Shown one piece after another: positions 20,976 to 31,160 of a stretch of DNA of 64,000 nt; positions within the stretch are counted from its first letter, which is position 1, and each line of letters begins with the position of its first letter. Below the pieces are notes generated by a model. That model ran no database searches. It saw only the letters and a program-made list of their open reading frames with translations, and was not told where the DNA came from. The position numbers and the translations under genes are program-made. The DNA is from a virus. The stretch lies in IMG/VR virus record IMGVR_UViG_3300033182_000991, positions 48,920-112,919 of that record, one strand, 5' to 3'.

Positions 20976-23030
20976 ATGAAACAGTTTTTAACTTTATTCT
21001 TATTCCTCATTTCATTTGGGATGATGGGTTCACACCTTTCGGGTGGTGATATTCAATACCGTTATATCGGTGATTCTACGGGTGTTGCTCGTCAATATGA
21101 GGTCTTACTCCGAGTATACCGAGATAACTCAGGAATTCCAATGGGAAACACTCAGACGGTGTATATTAACTCGTCTTGTTATAGTCAGCAGAGTTTGACA
21201 GTAACTTTATTACCGGGTTCAGGTGGGATTGCTCCGACATTGTTTGATTGTGTGGTACCATCTTCATCCACAAAGACCTTAGAGATTTATGCATACAAAG
21301 GTATTGTTACTCTGCCAGGTAACTGTAATGATTTTACGTTTTGGTGGCAACAATGTTGTAGACCTGGTGGTATTGATAACATCAATGGGTCCAATGGGTT
21401 GGGTACTGACGGATTTTATTTTGACGCCTTACTTAACAATACCAAAGGTCAGAACTCTTCACCAATCTTTGTTTCAGAGCCTGTAAGAGCCTTCTGTGTT
21501 AATAATCCATTCAATTGGAAACAAACAGTAATTGAGGAGAATGGTGACTCCATTGTATTCTCAATGATTAATTGTAGAGAGGGTAACTATCCTGGTACTG
21601 ATATTAACTTTGATGCGGGATGGTCTGCAAGTCAACCTATAACCTCATCATATTTTAATTTAGACCCTGCAACGGGTCTTATCAACTTCTTACCAACGAT
21701 GCAAGAGATTGATGTTGCTTCAGTATTGGTAAAGGAATACAGATATGATTCATTATACAATGTGTGGTATCAAGTTGGTTCGGCTTCAAGAGATATGATG
21801 ATTCAGATTGAAGCGACTTGTTCTCCTGCGGTGATGGATGGTGTTGGTTTGGACTTTAACGCGCCAGGTCACTATATAGATACTATCACAGGATTACCGA
21901 CAGTGGACTACGATTGTGGTGATACTGCGGTGACCATCTATTTGGATATTATGTTGGATTGTTTCTCCATCTCACCTGACGGTACTGACTTTAGAATGAC
22001 ATCACCAACAGGACAACCGTGGGCAATCAAAAACATTATTGGTAACTGTAATGTGAATGGTGAGACAGACTCACTTACGATTGTATTGAACAGACCATTA
22101 GCGGTGAACGGAAAGTATTACCTGTATTCCAAAGTGGGTAACGATGGTAATACCATTCTAAACAAATGTGGTATTGCGATGGATGAGTTTGATACTCTTG
22201 TGGTTAATGTAGACGATTGTGTAAACTTAGTAATGGAATTAGAAAACGTTACAGTCATCAACGACAATCATCCACAGGTTCAATGGAGTGTAGACACCAC
22301 AACATTCTTCAAAGACCAATTTGAAAGATATGTGATTTTACGTGAAGATTTGGGTTGGCAGTCAGTGGGTAACGTATTCAATCCTGATAAGTTATTCTAT
22401 GATGATTACTCAGCTACATTTGTAGACAACCAAAGTTACAATTACAAAGTGTATATGGTTTATAACTCATTCAATATGGATACCACAAGAGATGTTCACT
22501 CTATACTGTTACAAACGGATGGTAGTTGTGATACATTGTGTTTCAATTGGAACAGTTACAATGGTTGGAGTAATCCTGAGTATGATATTATGTTGAAAGT
22601 AGATACAGGATGGATGAAGATATTACCATCACCAATCACTGACACTACATATTGTGGATATTTTGACACATTACAGGTGGGTAATAACATATTCAAAGTG
22701 GTAACGACGAATGGAGTTGATACTTCTGAGAGTAATTACGCAACCTGCTTCCAACCTGAACCACCAATTATTGTGGTACCAAATGTGATGACTCCGAATG
22801 GTGATGGAATGAATGATATTTTTGACATTAGGTATATTGACTTATATGATGTCAAAAAGTTGACAATCTACAACAGATGGGGTACAATTGTCTATCAGAG
22901 TGAGGATTACCAAAACGATTGGGATGGTGGAAATGTATCTGACGGTGTTTACTTCTACGTATTGGAATTGTGGAAGGGAACCGATAACACAAACTATTAT
23001 GGAAACCTAACGGTTATTGACAATGATTAA
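20976..23030 (+). CDS. T9SS type-B (gliding-motility/CHU_C) CTD surface protein
   Basis: Signal peptide, SHLSGGDI.Y, C-terminal VPNVMTPNGDGMND.F...IYNRWG..VY...Y.NDWDG...DGVYFY. Confidence 0.88.
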   Translation: MKQFLTLFLFLISFGMMGSHLSGGDIQYRYIGDSTGVARQYEVLLRVYRDNSGIPMGNTQTVYINSSCYSQQSLTVTLLPGSGGIAPTLFDCVVPSSSTKTLEIYAYKGIVTLPGNCNDFTFWWQQCCRPGGIDNINGSNGLGTDGFYFDALLNNTKGQNSSPIFVSEPVRAFCVNNPFNWKQTVIEENGDSIVFSMINCREGNYPGTDINFDAGWSASQPITSSYFNLDPATGLINFLPTMQEIDVASVLVKEYRYDSLYNVWYQVGSASRDMMIQIEATCSPAVMDGVGLDFNAPGHYIDTITGLPTVDYDCGDTAVTIYLDIMLDCFSISPDGTDFRMTSPTGQPWAIKNIIGNCNVNGETDSLTIVLNRPLAVNGKYYLYSKVGNDGNTILNKCGIAMDEFDTLVVNVDDCVNLVMELENVTVINDNHPQVQWSVDTTTFFKDQFERYVILREDLGWQSVGNVFNPDKLFYDDYSATFVDNQSYNYKVYMVYNSFNMDTTRDVHSILLQTDGSCDTLCFNWNSYNGWSNPEYDIMLKVDTGWMKILPSPITDTTYCGYFDTLQVGNNIFKVVTTNGVDTSESNYATCFQPEPPIIVVPNVMTPNGDGMNDIFDIRYIDLYDVKKLTIYNRWGTIVYQSEDYQNDWDGGNVSDGVYFYVLELWKGTDNTNYYGNLTVIDND

Positions 23031-23436
23031 AAGATTTATAAATAAGATTCAGTCTTTCATTAAGAGATATTGGTGGTTAGCGGCAATATGGTATGGGATG
23101 AAGTTCACACTTCTAATCCTTACCATTTTGTTTTTGACTTCATGTGAGAACACTTACAAGGCGAATAAAAACTATCTCTATACCTTCTCCTGCGTGATTG
23201 AGAAGGACGATTATGGTAGAAAGGTCTATGGGGCTCACCATTTCCTTTTGGACGAGCAAATCAAAGATATGTCGTCTTTTGAAGAATGTTATGTAAATTA
23301 TTTGGAGTGGTCAGGATTGGATAAGGACGGAATGTATAAGAAATCCTACTACGCTGACAGAAAGAATGTTGACATCTATTTGGTGGATGAAGTGTGGGGA
23401 AGTGTAACTGTTGAATCTGCAGACCTTTGTAATTAA
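23023..23436 (+). CDS. putative lipoprotein
   Basis: Hydrophobic segment ending LFLTSC. Confidence 0.55.
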   Translation: MIKRFINKIQSFIKRYWWLAAIWYGMKFTLLILTILFLTSCENTYKANKNYLYTFSCVIEKDDYGRKVYGAHHFLLDEQIKDMSSFEECYVNYLEWSGLDKDGMYKKSYYADRKNVDIYLVDEVWGSVTVESADLCN

Positions 23437-23437
23437 G

Positions 23438-23896
23438 ATGAAAAAATACTTAAAAAGGATAAAAGATATTTTAACGTATTACGATTATCAACCCATGCTT
23501 TTCTTTTTGGCGTTGTACGATGTAATATGGAATATCCAAAGTTATCTTCAAGAAACTTCAGGTTCAGAACTTTACTTCGGAATATTTTATTTTGATAAAA
23601 GTAACTTTTATGAATGGCAGTATTTTGTTTATACTATATTGTCTTTTCTGATTATAATTTTCCTTCATAATGAAAAAATACTCACAAGACTTGTGATACC
23701 TAAGGTTATAATATGTTCACATATTTTACTTAGTGAGATTGTTTATTATATCCAAATATTTACAGGTGAGGCTGAATTGACATTTATTGAGTATTTCTCA
23801 ATGATAATTTTTGCAACCTTTTATTGGCCAATGGTTTGGATTTGGATTTTATTCCAATTACTAAAAAAGAGATTATACTTAAACACCAATAAATGA
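23438..23896 (+). CDS. multi-pass membrane protein
   Basis: Several hydrophobic segments. Confidence 0.65.
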   Translation: MKKYLKRIKDILTYYDYQPMLFFLALYDVIWNIQSYLQETSGSELYFGIFYFDKSNFYEWQYFVYTILSFLIIIFLHNEKILTRLVIPKVIICSHILLSEIVYYIQIFTGEAELTFIEYFSMIIFATFYWPMVWIWILFQLLKKRLYLNTNK

Positions 23897-24159
23897 TGGA
23901 TTGGACTACAATTATAACGACATTACTTACCTGTATATTCGGAGCGGGAGCATGGAAGTTTTATACCTATGTGGTTAAGACTAAAGCCAAACAAAGAACT
24001 GAAACGATGGACCAACACAATGTCTACAGAGATGACTTACGTGAAAGAGTAAAACAACTTGAAGCTGATAAAGACGAATGTATCAATTCACTTATGGAGG
24101 TGAAACAGGAGTTATCAGCACTCAAAGTTAAAGTAGAATTCTTAGAGAAGGGAAAGTAA
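23893..24159 (+). CDS. N-terminal TM plus coiled-coil protein (holin/spanin-like)
   Basis: TIITTLLTCIFGAGAW followed by heptad-rich tail. Confidence 0.55.
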   Translation: MMDWTTIITTLLTCIFGAGAWKFYTYVVKTKAKQRTETMDQHNVYRDDLRERVKQLEADKDECINSLMEVKQELSALKVKVEFLEKGK

Positions 24160-24192
24160 AAAAAGGGGTTGGGGATTAAGTGCCAGCCACCA

Positions 24193-24597
24193 TCAGCGAG
24201 AAATGTAATCTTCCCATCCCTTTATCGTTTTTTCAGGGGACTTGCTCGTTTCAACTTTTGCAAAATCAAAATCATAAGTTTCTTCAAACCAATCAGATAT
24301 GATGTCCATGGCTTTGTGTTTCCTGATACCGACATGTTTGCTCAACATATCCACAAGGTCCTCACTAATAGATAATACATTTCTCGGACCATCATTATCA
24401 TCATAATCAAAACTTCCTTCATATTCAAAAAGGATAAAAAGTGGTTCATTACCTGCAGTAATAAACGCATTTAACAAACTACCTTTAGAGAATTGGTTTC
24501 TAATGGTCTTCACACGACCACCTCTCATCTTTTCATCAAGATAGTTAGCCACCACACGGTCCAACTGTTCACGGGTAATTAGGTATTGTTTTTTCAT
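24193..24597 (-). CDS. hypothetical late protein
   Basis: MKKQYLITREQL leader. Confidence 0.75.
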   Translation of the reverse strand: MKKQYLITREQLDRVVANYLDEKMRGGRVKTIRNQFSKGSLLNAFITAGNEPLFILFEYEGSFDYDDNDGPRNVLSISEDLVDMLSKHVGIRKHKAMDIISDWFEETYDFDFAKVETSKSPEKTIKGWEDYISR

Positions 24598-25130
24598 CTT
24601 TCCTTAAATATGATTTGCCAATCGGGGTTTAGGTTCATGTTGTTAGATAAATAGTCCATGACCATATCTTTCAGTTCACCGTTCAATAAATCTACATCGG
24701 CGTCGGTTTCAACCACAATGGTATTATTATCTTTACTAACCACTCTATACTTTTTACTACGAACTCCGAGACTATCTCTATATTTTTCAGGGGTATAGTC
24801 ACTCTTTAAGAATTTCTTCATCAACTCACTAAGTTCGGTCCATTCATCATCAACAACGAATATACTTACCATCTTTTGGCTCGGTCCAAGATATTTCAAT
24901 ACATCTTTAACTTCTCTTTCAATCTGACTATCCAATCCTCTGAATGGGCTACCGATATTATCGTCCATCTCATAATAGACTTCGGGGTGTACAATAACGC
25001 CAACACCAATCATGGCCCAACCGTCAGACAAAGTTCTAATATCCACCATATAGTCGTCAATCAATTCAGGATAGCTCGGAGATATTAACTTCTCCAATAA
25101 CCCTTTCACCATATCTTCAGTAATCTTCAT
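24594..25130 (-). CDS. KY[LIF]G paralog family protein
   Basis: MKITEDMVK..IGVGVI..IEREVKDVLKYLGPS, homologous to 25132-25395. Confidence 0.75.
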   Translation of the reverse strand: MKITEDMVKGLLEKLISPSYPELIDDYMVDIRTLSDGWAMIGVGVIVHPEVYYEMDDNIGSPFRGLDSQIEREVKDVLKYLGPSQKMVSIFVVDDEWTELSELMKKFLKSDYTPEKYRDSLGVRSKKYRVVSKDNNTIVVETDADVDLLNGELKDMVMDYLSNNMNLNPDWQIIFKER

Positions 25131-25131
25131 A

Positions 25132-25395
25132 TTAGTAATCTATTACATTATAGAACTCCACCATTACAAAAGATGGGGACAAGTATTTCATTACGTTTCT
25201 AACTCTACGTTCAATAGAATATTCCAATGATTTATCCCACGTCATAGAATGGGGCATCAATACATCAACACCGATACCTGTTTTACCTTCATCGTTCTGG
25301 CGCAAGATAACATCATACCCGACAATATCTTTTTCAAACTCAGGGGTAACCAAAGTATTCAATAATTGTTTCACTATGTCCTCAGTGATGTTCAT
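25132..25395 (-). CDS. KY[LIF]G paralog family protein
   Basis: MNITEDIVK..IGVDVL..IERRVRNVMKYLSPS. Confidence 0.75.
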   Translation of the reverse strand: MNITEDIVKQLLNTLVTPEFEKDIVGYDVILRQNDEGKTGIGVDVLMPHSMTWDKSLEYSIERRVRNVMKYLSPSFVMVEFYNVIDY

Positions 25396-25401
25396 AATCT
25401 A

Positions 25402-25716
25402 TTAGGCTTTAATGTTATTCCAATCTGTCATCTTTTCCACAGAGTCGTCCATATAAACTTTAATATCCACTTTGTTTATACCAACATATTTCATAATACT
25501 TTTGATTCTTTCTTCCATATCTCTAAGGTTATACCAACCACCATAACCTGAGGGTCCGCCATCCCAATATGATTTAGTATTAATCAACACATGAATAATT
25601 ACGTCATAAATGCGGTAAGGGTCTTCCACCACCCTATAGTCTTTAAGAAGACCTTCAGTGGGGTCAACATATAAGCTGTCCATAACTTTTCTAACAATCT
25701 GCGCTTTATTATCCAT
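25402..25716 (-). CDS. KY[LIF]G paralog family protein
   Basis: MEERIKSIMKYVGIN; TATTTAT upstream. Confidence 0.72.
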   Translation of the reverse strand: MDNKAQIVRKVMDSLYVDPTEGLLKDYRVVEDPYRIYDVIIHVLINTKSYWDGGPSGYGGWYNLRDMEERIKSIMKYVGINKVDIKVYMDDSVEKMTDWNNIKA

Positions 25717-25837
25717 ACCAATAAATACTCAGGAATCCAAGTTTCGGAACCACTGACGAATAACTAAAAATACGTGAATTAAAGCATATCCTATAAGGGT
25801 AATCTTCATCATGATAAAAAGACCACGGAGGATGTTA

Positions 25838-26323
25838 TCAAACACCCACATAATACATCTCGGGGAGGACAGAATAAATGCCGTAAACAACCATTAAGAA
25901 ACCGACAATCTCCACCCACCATAACTTATTCTTAATTCCCTCAGTACCCATAATGATAATAGTGGAACCAAGCTGAATGGCAAAAGGTAAAGGATGGTTA
26001 TAAGAAAGGTAAAAATACAACAGGGGAGTAACAATACCCACAGCAGCGCCAGCAAAGTGTATCAAACGAGTATACGATTCTTTCATCTTAAACTGAGTGG
26101 CAGCACCCACAAAACATAATCCCACACCTGAGATAAACAAAGGAAGGGTTCCATACAACAACATAGGTATTCCAATTCCCCACGTGAAGAACGTAAACAA
26201 ACTCTTCCAACCCAATGGTAATGAATACCAACTATCACTAATGGACGGTAACACACCATACTTACTAACAATCCCAATCACATAAGATAAGAACACAAAT
26301 ATCTGAAACAATAATAACTCCAT
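25838..26323 (-). CDS. multi-pass membrane protein
   Basis: PSISDSWY, FVGAA..F, IHFAGA, WWVE; about 6 TM segments. Confidence 0.75.
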   Translation of the reverse strand: MELLLFQIFVFLSYVIGIVSKYGVLPSISDSWYSLPLGWKSLFTFFTWGIGIPMLLYGTLPLFISGVGLCFVGAATQFKMKESYTRLIHFAGAAVGIVTPLLYFYLSYNHPLPFAIQLGSTIIIMGTEGIKNKLWWVEIVGFLMVVYGIYSVLPEMYYVGV

Positions 26324-26382
26324 AACAACGGTTTTCTTTATAACATACACAATCCATAAAATAGATAAAGATATTTATTAAT

Positions 26383-26910
26383 ATGGGGTGGAAACATATA
26401 GTATTTTTATTAATCTTCTTATTATCAACAAAGATTAATGGACAATCAATAGTCGGGGTGGAAACATCAATATCCATAGACAAATATATATTGTTCCCAT
26501 ACAACTCACTAACCCTATACTACAAGAACGGATTAAATATAGAAGCGGGGTTTGTAGACTACCCAACATCAACAAACGTATTCTTCCAAGAAACCATAAG
26601 ACAACAATCCACAAACTTACAATGGATTATCCCAACAATAGAAGATTACGGGGACTACACAAGAAACACAAGAGGAACAGTACCATATTACTTTATAGGA
26701 TATAGAATAGAACAAGATATATTCGCCATCAATATACAGAACGGGTGGTGTCACGATAACTACTATACACTCAAACTAAAACCATACATAAGAATATACG
26801 AATACAGAGAAGATAATAATACAGTTCAATTCCATATCAACTCACAAGTATTCATATCAGAGAAATCCACATATACATTCATAGGTTATAATGTGTTGTT
26901 TAGGATATAG
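26383..26910 (+). CDS. secreted beta-rich protein with strongly A/C-biased codons
   Basis: Signal peptide; ATATTTATT upstream. Confidence 0.6.
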   Translation: MGWKHIVFLLIFLLSTKINGQSIVGVETSISIDKYILFPYNSLTLYYKNGLNIEAGFVDYPTSTNVFFQETIRQQSTNLQWIIPTIEDYGDYTRNTRGTVPYYFIGYRIEQDIFAINIQNGWCHDNYYTLKLKPYIRIYEYREDNNTVQFHINSQVFISEKSTYTFIGYNVLFRI

Positions 26911-28460
26911 GGGTAAAGTAATTCCCATCCCCCTCACCCCTAACGGGTACGTTCATTCCCCTACGGGTCATTCACTCTCGGTGTCTGAAAATAACTTTAC
27001 CCCAAATCCCCCACAGAAGGTCATCTAAAGACTAATTCCCTAAAACTAATAGGGGATATCCACACAATAGTTTATCATTACCCTAAAGGGATATATTACA
27101 ATACTATATACACAATATCCTATAAGAGAAATATACCCATAGTATAAAAACAATAACCCATAAGGGTTATAATTAACAATACTTTCTCCCACTTTCTCCC
27201 ACTTATGAAAGTCTATCTAAAAGACCTTATCTTTAAGGTCAAATTAAATAATTCCCCCTGACGGGGACGTTGAGGGTAATTAATTAAAACCTACAAGACT
27301 TCGTCCCGGCCGCTTCACTATGTAAACATACATTATTTACTGGAAATTATATATACCTTTTTTTACACTAATTTAATAAACACAAAATCAAAAAACCTTC
27401 GATTCCACCGATGAAATCACAGAAAAAGTGGTGTTTAGGGGTTCAGAACCATAAGTGGGACATAGTGGGAAAACCCCTCAAGGGATTATCCCCCATGCAG
27501 CTCCCCTCTGACATTTTGACAAATCCAAATAAATGACCCCAAAGTTATCAACAATTAAGATTTATTTTTCCCCCTGACAGTATGACAGAGAGGGATTTGT
27601 GGCATGGACATATACAAAAACCCTATGGACCATAACCCTATATTAACACTATACAAAATATAATGGGGGGTTATACTTATGGGATATGGATATGATGAAC
27701 TACATAAAGGAGAACTTTACCCCAACGGTGACGGAGGATAAGGACGGGATGAAGGTGATACTCACCAACGAGAGTGAGGTGGTACCCGATTGTGTCATAT
27801 GGTTTGAGCCAGCCAAGAGGGGATGGAGCAAGAAACCCATTAGTAATAATCAGTATATCATTGTTGATGCGTACCTACTACCCCTGTTCGAATTCTTCAC
27901 CAAGTATATCGGGGTGAGTGAAGATGACTACCAAGACCTACGTATGAATGTCATCCACTACTCCATGGACATTATGGACAAACATCTCAATGGGGAAAAA
28001 TAAATAAGGTTTTATTTGGCAGTGTCAACTATATTCCATATCTTTGTTCTGATGCTTTGGCCCCAAGGGGGAAGGTCACTCTAAAGCACCAACACAAAGA
28101 TACAACATATTTCCCACATGACCAAATATCAAGTCACATTGTCATGGTCCCCTAAGCCCACCATATAACCACTCCCCCCATATTAGTCATAAGGGGGTCT
28201 CCCCATCAAAATTCCCTATATACCCCCCATATGGGGTCCCCCCCTCCTCTATGGGTCTCCCGTATCCCCCCTCCCCTACCCCCTTTTAGGGTTGTTTTGG
28301 GGGGTTAATCCCCTAAATAAAACTTATGGGAAAATGGTAGAGAAAATGTTTATAAAAATTTTTGGGAAAATTTCGTTATAAACAGGACCCCCTATTTGGA
28401 AAATGGGTGAAATAGTGGAAAAGAATTTTCTGGAAAATTTTGGAAAAATGGACCTTTTAC
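26911..28460. other. candidate replication origin or genome-terminus region
   Basis: Largely non-coding; AC-to-GT skew flip; C/G tracts; TGACA direct repeats; GGAAAAT repeats; convergent promoters. Confidence 0.5.
27686..28003 (+). CDS. hypothetical protein
   Basis: 105-aa ORF within the atypical region. Confidence 0.6.
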   Translation: MDMMNYIKENFTPTVTEDKDGMKVILTNESEVVPDCVIWFEPAKRGWSKKPISNNQYIIVDAYLLPLFEFFTKYIGVSEDDYQDLRMNVIHYSMDIMDKHLNGEK

Positions 28461-28648
28461 TTTGTAGGAGGTTTTTTTATTTTATGTATATGGAAAATGA
28501 AATGAATATTATTAGATTCAAGGATAAGGGATTTATCTTGGTCTATCCAGATAGGGAAGAGGTTTGGAACAGAGGAATTGATAAGGGTATTGAAGTGGGA
28601 AGTTCTTACATTCGATATAAGAGTCAGATATACAAACAGGCTGTATAG

Positions 28649-28981
28649 ATGGAATACAATCTCAATTGGGTTAAGGGGATTATGATGGATACTCATCCCA
28701 AGTTTGGGGATATGGGTTTTTATCTTGAGAGACCTATGGAGATTGTTGAGGTATTGGGTGATGAGGATATGACTATTGTCCATCCGAAGAGGATGGGTAT
28801 TAATATATTGGGGAGACCTGATGTTAATGTTGAAGATATACAGGGGTTCTGTGATACGATGAAGTATATGGGATTGAAACCTTACTATTGGGATTATGAT
28901 AAATGGGGTATGTTATTTTTTGAGTTTGAGTTGAATGTTGGGGATAATGTATATTATGAAAATGAGAAGATATGGGAATAG
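28649..28981 (+). CDS. hypothetical protein with strongly G/T-biased codons
   Basis: 110-aa ORF; TMKYMGL motif. Confidence 0.65.
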   Translation: MEYNLNWVKGIMMDTHPKFGDMGFYLERPMEIVEVLGDEDMTIVHPKRMGINILGRPDVNVEDIQGFCDTMKYMGLKPYYWDYDKWGMLFFEFELNVGDNVYYENEKIWE

Positions 28982-29104
28982 GATGGATTATTTTATTTAT
29001 GGTATTATTGGTTGGGGGAGCTTGGTTGTTGTCTAAGGATGTATGATTGAATGGGGGTGAGACGATAGTCTTGTAAGTTTCCTTCAACGAATATATTTAT
29101 TGTT

Positions 29105-29449
29105 ATGAATATCAACGAATCCCATAGAGCTGAAATCCGTAAGATGTATATGGCCGAACAATTGTTTCAGGGTATAAAGAACGGATTGATTTACTACCAA
29201 ACATCCAAAGGTAAGGAAGTGAAGTATAAGGTGACCAACCCGATGTTTTCTGACATCAAGGTTTTGGACTTTGATTTGGAATCGGGAGATTGGGAAGTGG
29301 AGTTAAAGAAATACTTCATGAGTATGACAAAGGAGGGAACATTTAACTTTGATGTTCTTGCTGATGTCATTGAGAATATGAACAATGGTGTTAAGAAGTT
29401 CGACATCCCTGTTCAGGGAAATATACGATTAAACTTTGAGAGGATATGA
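29105..29449 (+). CDS. late protein with INE leader
   Basis: MNINESHRAEIRKMY..EQ; TATTTAT upstream. Confidence 0.75.
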   Translation: MNINESHRAEIRKMYMAEQLFQGIKNGLIYYQTSKGKEVKYKVTNPMFSDIKVLDFDLESGDWEVELKKYFMSMTKEGTFNFDVLADVIENMNNGVKKFDIPVQGNIRLNFERI

Positions 29450-30057
29450 TTCGTTGGGAGGACTACGAGAATAAGGACCAACTCTATAAGTTATGGGACG
29501 CCACGGGTGTGGGTTATAAGTCTACTCGCTATTTGGGGGATAAGTTTGAAACCTTTCATGACTACCTGTTGTTTGTTGCCGATTATTATAATATAGAAAA
29601 CGTTTCTGTCTTGGGGTTGATTTCGCATATAATTCAGGAGATGAACGACTATCTGTCTAACCCTGAGAACATCCCTTGTGGTGGGGATGCCGAAATCCGT
29701 TTGACGAATATTGATATTGACATTAGAGACGATATATATAAAACATCATACATGTCTAATTTGTATGACGGTATGGGTGGAAAGCCATGGGGTATGTTTG
29801 ATTTTGTGTTACATGACCCACAGGGGTTTGAATGTGAACCCATCCCTGGTTATGACGAGGAAAGTATGATGGAAGATTTCCTATATAAAAAATATAAAGA
29901 TACTGAAGTTCCTTCAGAGGGTCTTAAAGATACTGACGAGTATAAGAAGTTCTGTTTCGAGGAGAGTTGCTTTCATTATGTCATTAGAGACGTACTGAGT
30001 AAAATCCGTAAGAAGTATGGGATTTCATTAAACGTCTCAGGAGGGGAAAGAGAATAA
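29446..30057 (+). CDS. hypothetical protein
   Basis: 203-aa ORF, overlapping start/stop. Confidence 0.7.
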   Translation: MIRWEDYENKDQLYKLWDATGVGYKSTRYLGDKFETFHDYLLFVADYYNIENVSVLGLISHIIQEMNDYLSNPENIPCGGDAEIRLTNIDIDIRDDIYKTSYMSNLYDGMGGKPWGMFDFVLHDPQGFECEPIPGYDEESMMEDFLYKKYKDTEVPSEGLKDTDEYKKFCFEESCFHYVIRDVLSKIRKKYGISLNVSGGERE

Positions 30058-31160
30058 TGACCATTAGTGACGCCATAACAGATTACTTTTATAAGAATTG
30101 GAAGAACCTTTCTAAACAGATTGGTTTTCATGCTAATCTTGTGGCTGACCACTCCGAGTGGGTTGGTCTGATAAAAGACATGAAGTTAAGGGTCACCCCT
30201 ACAGAAGATGATATTGTCATTAACGGTTTTCAGTATGTCGGGCCAGGTGACCTTGACTTGGATGTCTATTTAGATGTAGACCATATCTTGGAGTTTCCTA
30301 TTGACCACTTTATGTTTGCCCGTGAATCTCTAATCCCTTGGTTGAATAGGGGGATACTAAAATATTTCGGTATAAACTTGAATACCGACTTTGCCGATAT
30401 TAACGTGAACTTTTACGACAAGATGGGGGATGTGGACTCTTACGAGATTCCTGCCGATTATGGAAGAACAAAGCCGAGTTTCTTTTACGACCATCCGAGT
30501 AGGTATTGGGTGAAGACCGACAAAAAACAAAATATTAAAGAACAGAGGAAACAGAAGAAAGACGTTCTTATTTTGAACTTCCCTAAAAAGGGTGTGGAGA
30601 TGAACATCATGAAAACCCTTGGAAACATTTTTGTTTCGGGGGTGTTTGGGTCCATTAATCAGTCATTAGATTGGGTGACTAAAAATGAGGACGAATTCAC
30701 GAAACCCCTGAAGACCTTAGTTATTGGTGCTCACGGGAATAAGTGTAGTCGTTCTATCATGTCCACAGCAGAAAAGAATGTGGAAACAAATGAAACCATA
30801 TTATTGAAACAATTGCAGAGTAAAGGGTTTATCGGTCCGAATACTGTGGTGTTCTTTACTGCGTGTTATGGTGCTGATGATTTGAGCAAGTTGATAAATT
30901 CTTCGATGGCGTTGGGTGGTCATAGGATTCATGGTGCTGAAGGTGTGTATAATTATGTGACGGGAAATGCCGATGCATTTTACTCTTGTAGTTTTACTCC
31001 TGAAGACAAAGAGAAAATGTGGAATGGTGAAGCCTACAAAAAATGGTGTATGTTGAAATACAACAAATATATTATTAACGACAATAAGTTGTATAATGAA
31101 TATTTCCTTGAAAGAGGATATTGTCGTAGAGAAAGCGGCGCACCATATTCATTCTTCTAA
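30057..31160 (+). CDS. two-domain protein with C-terminal caspase-hemoglobinase-fold (DUF4347/CHAT-like) domain
   Basis: LVIGAHG and VVFFTACYGA give a His-Gly/Cys dyad pattern. Confidence 0.55.
   Translation: MTISDAITDYFYKNWKNLSKQIGFHANLVADHSEWVGLIKDMKLRVTPTEDDIVINGFQYVGPGDLDLDVYLDVDHILEFPIDHFMFARESLIPWLNRGILKYFGINLNTDFADINVNFYDKMGDVDSYEIPADYGRTKPSFFYDHPSRYWVKTDKKQNIKEQRKQKKDVLILNFPKKGVEMNIMKTLGNIFVSGVFGSINQSLDWVTKNEDEFTKPLKTLVIGAHGNKCSRSIMSTAEKNVETNETILLKQLQSKGFIGPNTVVFFTACYGADDLSKLINSSMALGGHRIHGAEGVYNYVTGNADAFYSCSFTPEDKEKMWNGEAYKKWCMLKYNKYIINDNKLYNEYFLERGYCRRESGAPYSFF

Noticed and set aside
26911-28460. CRISPR array or DGR in the repeat-rich region
   Set aside because: No regularly spaced 25-45-nt repeats, no reverse transcriptase and no TR/VR pair seen in the window.
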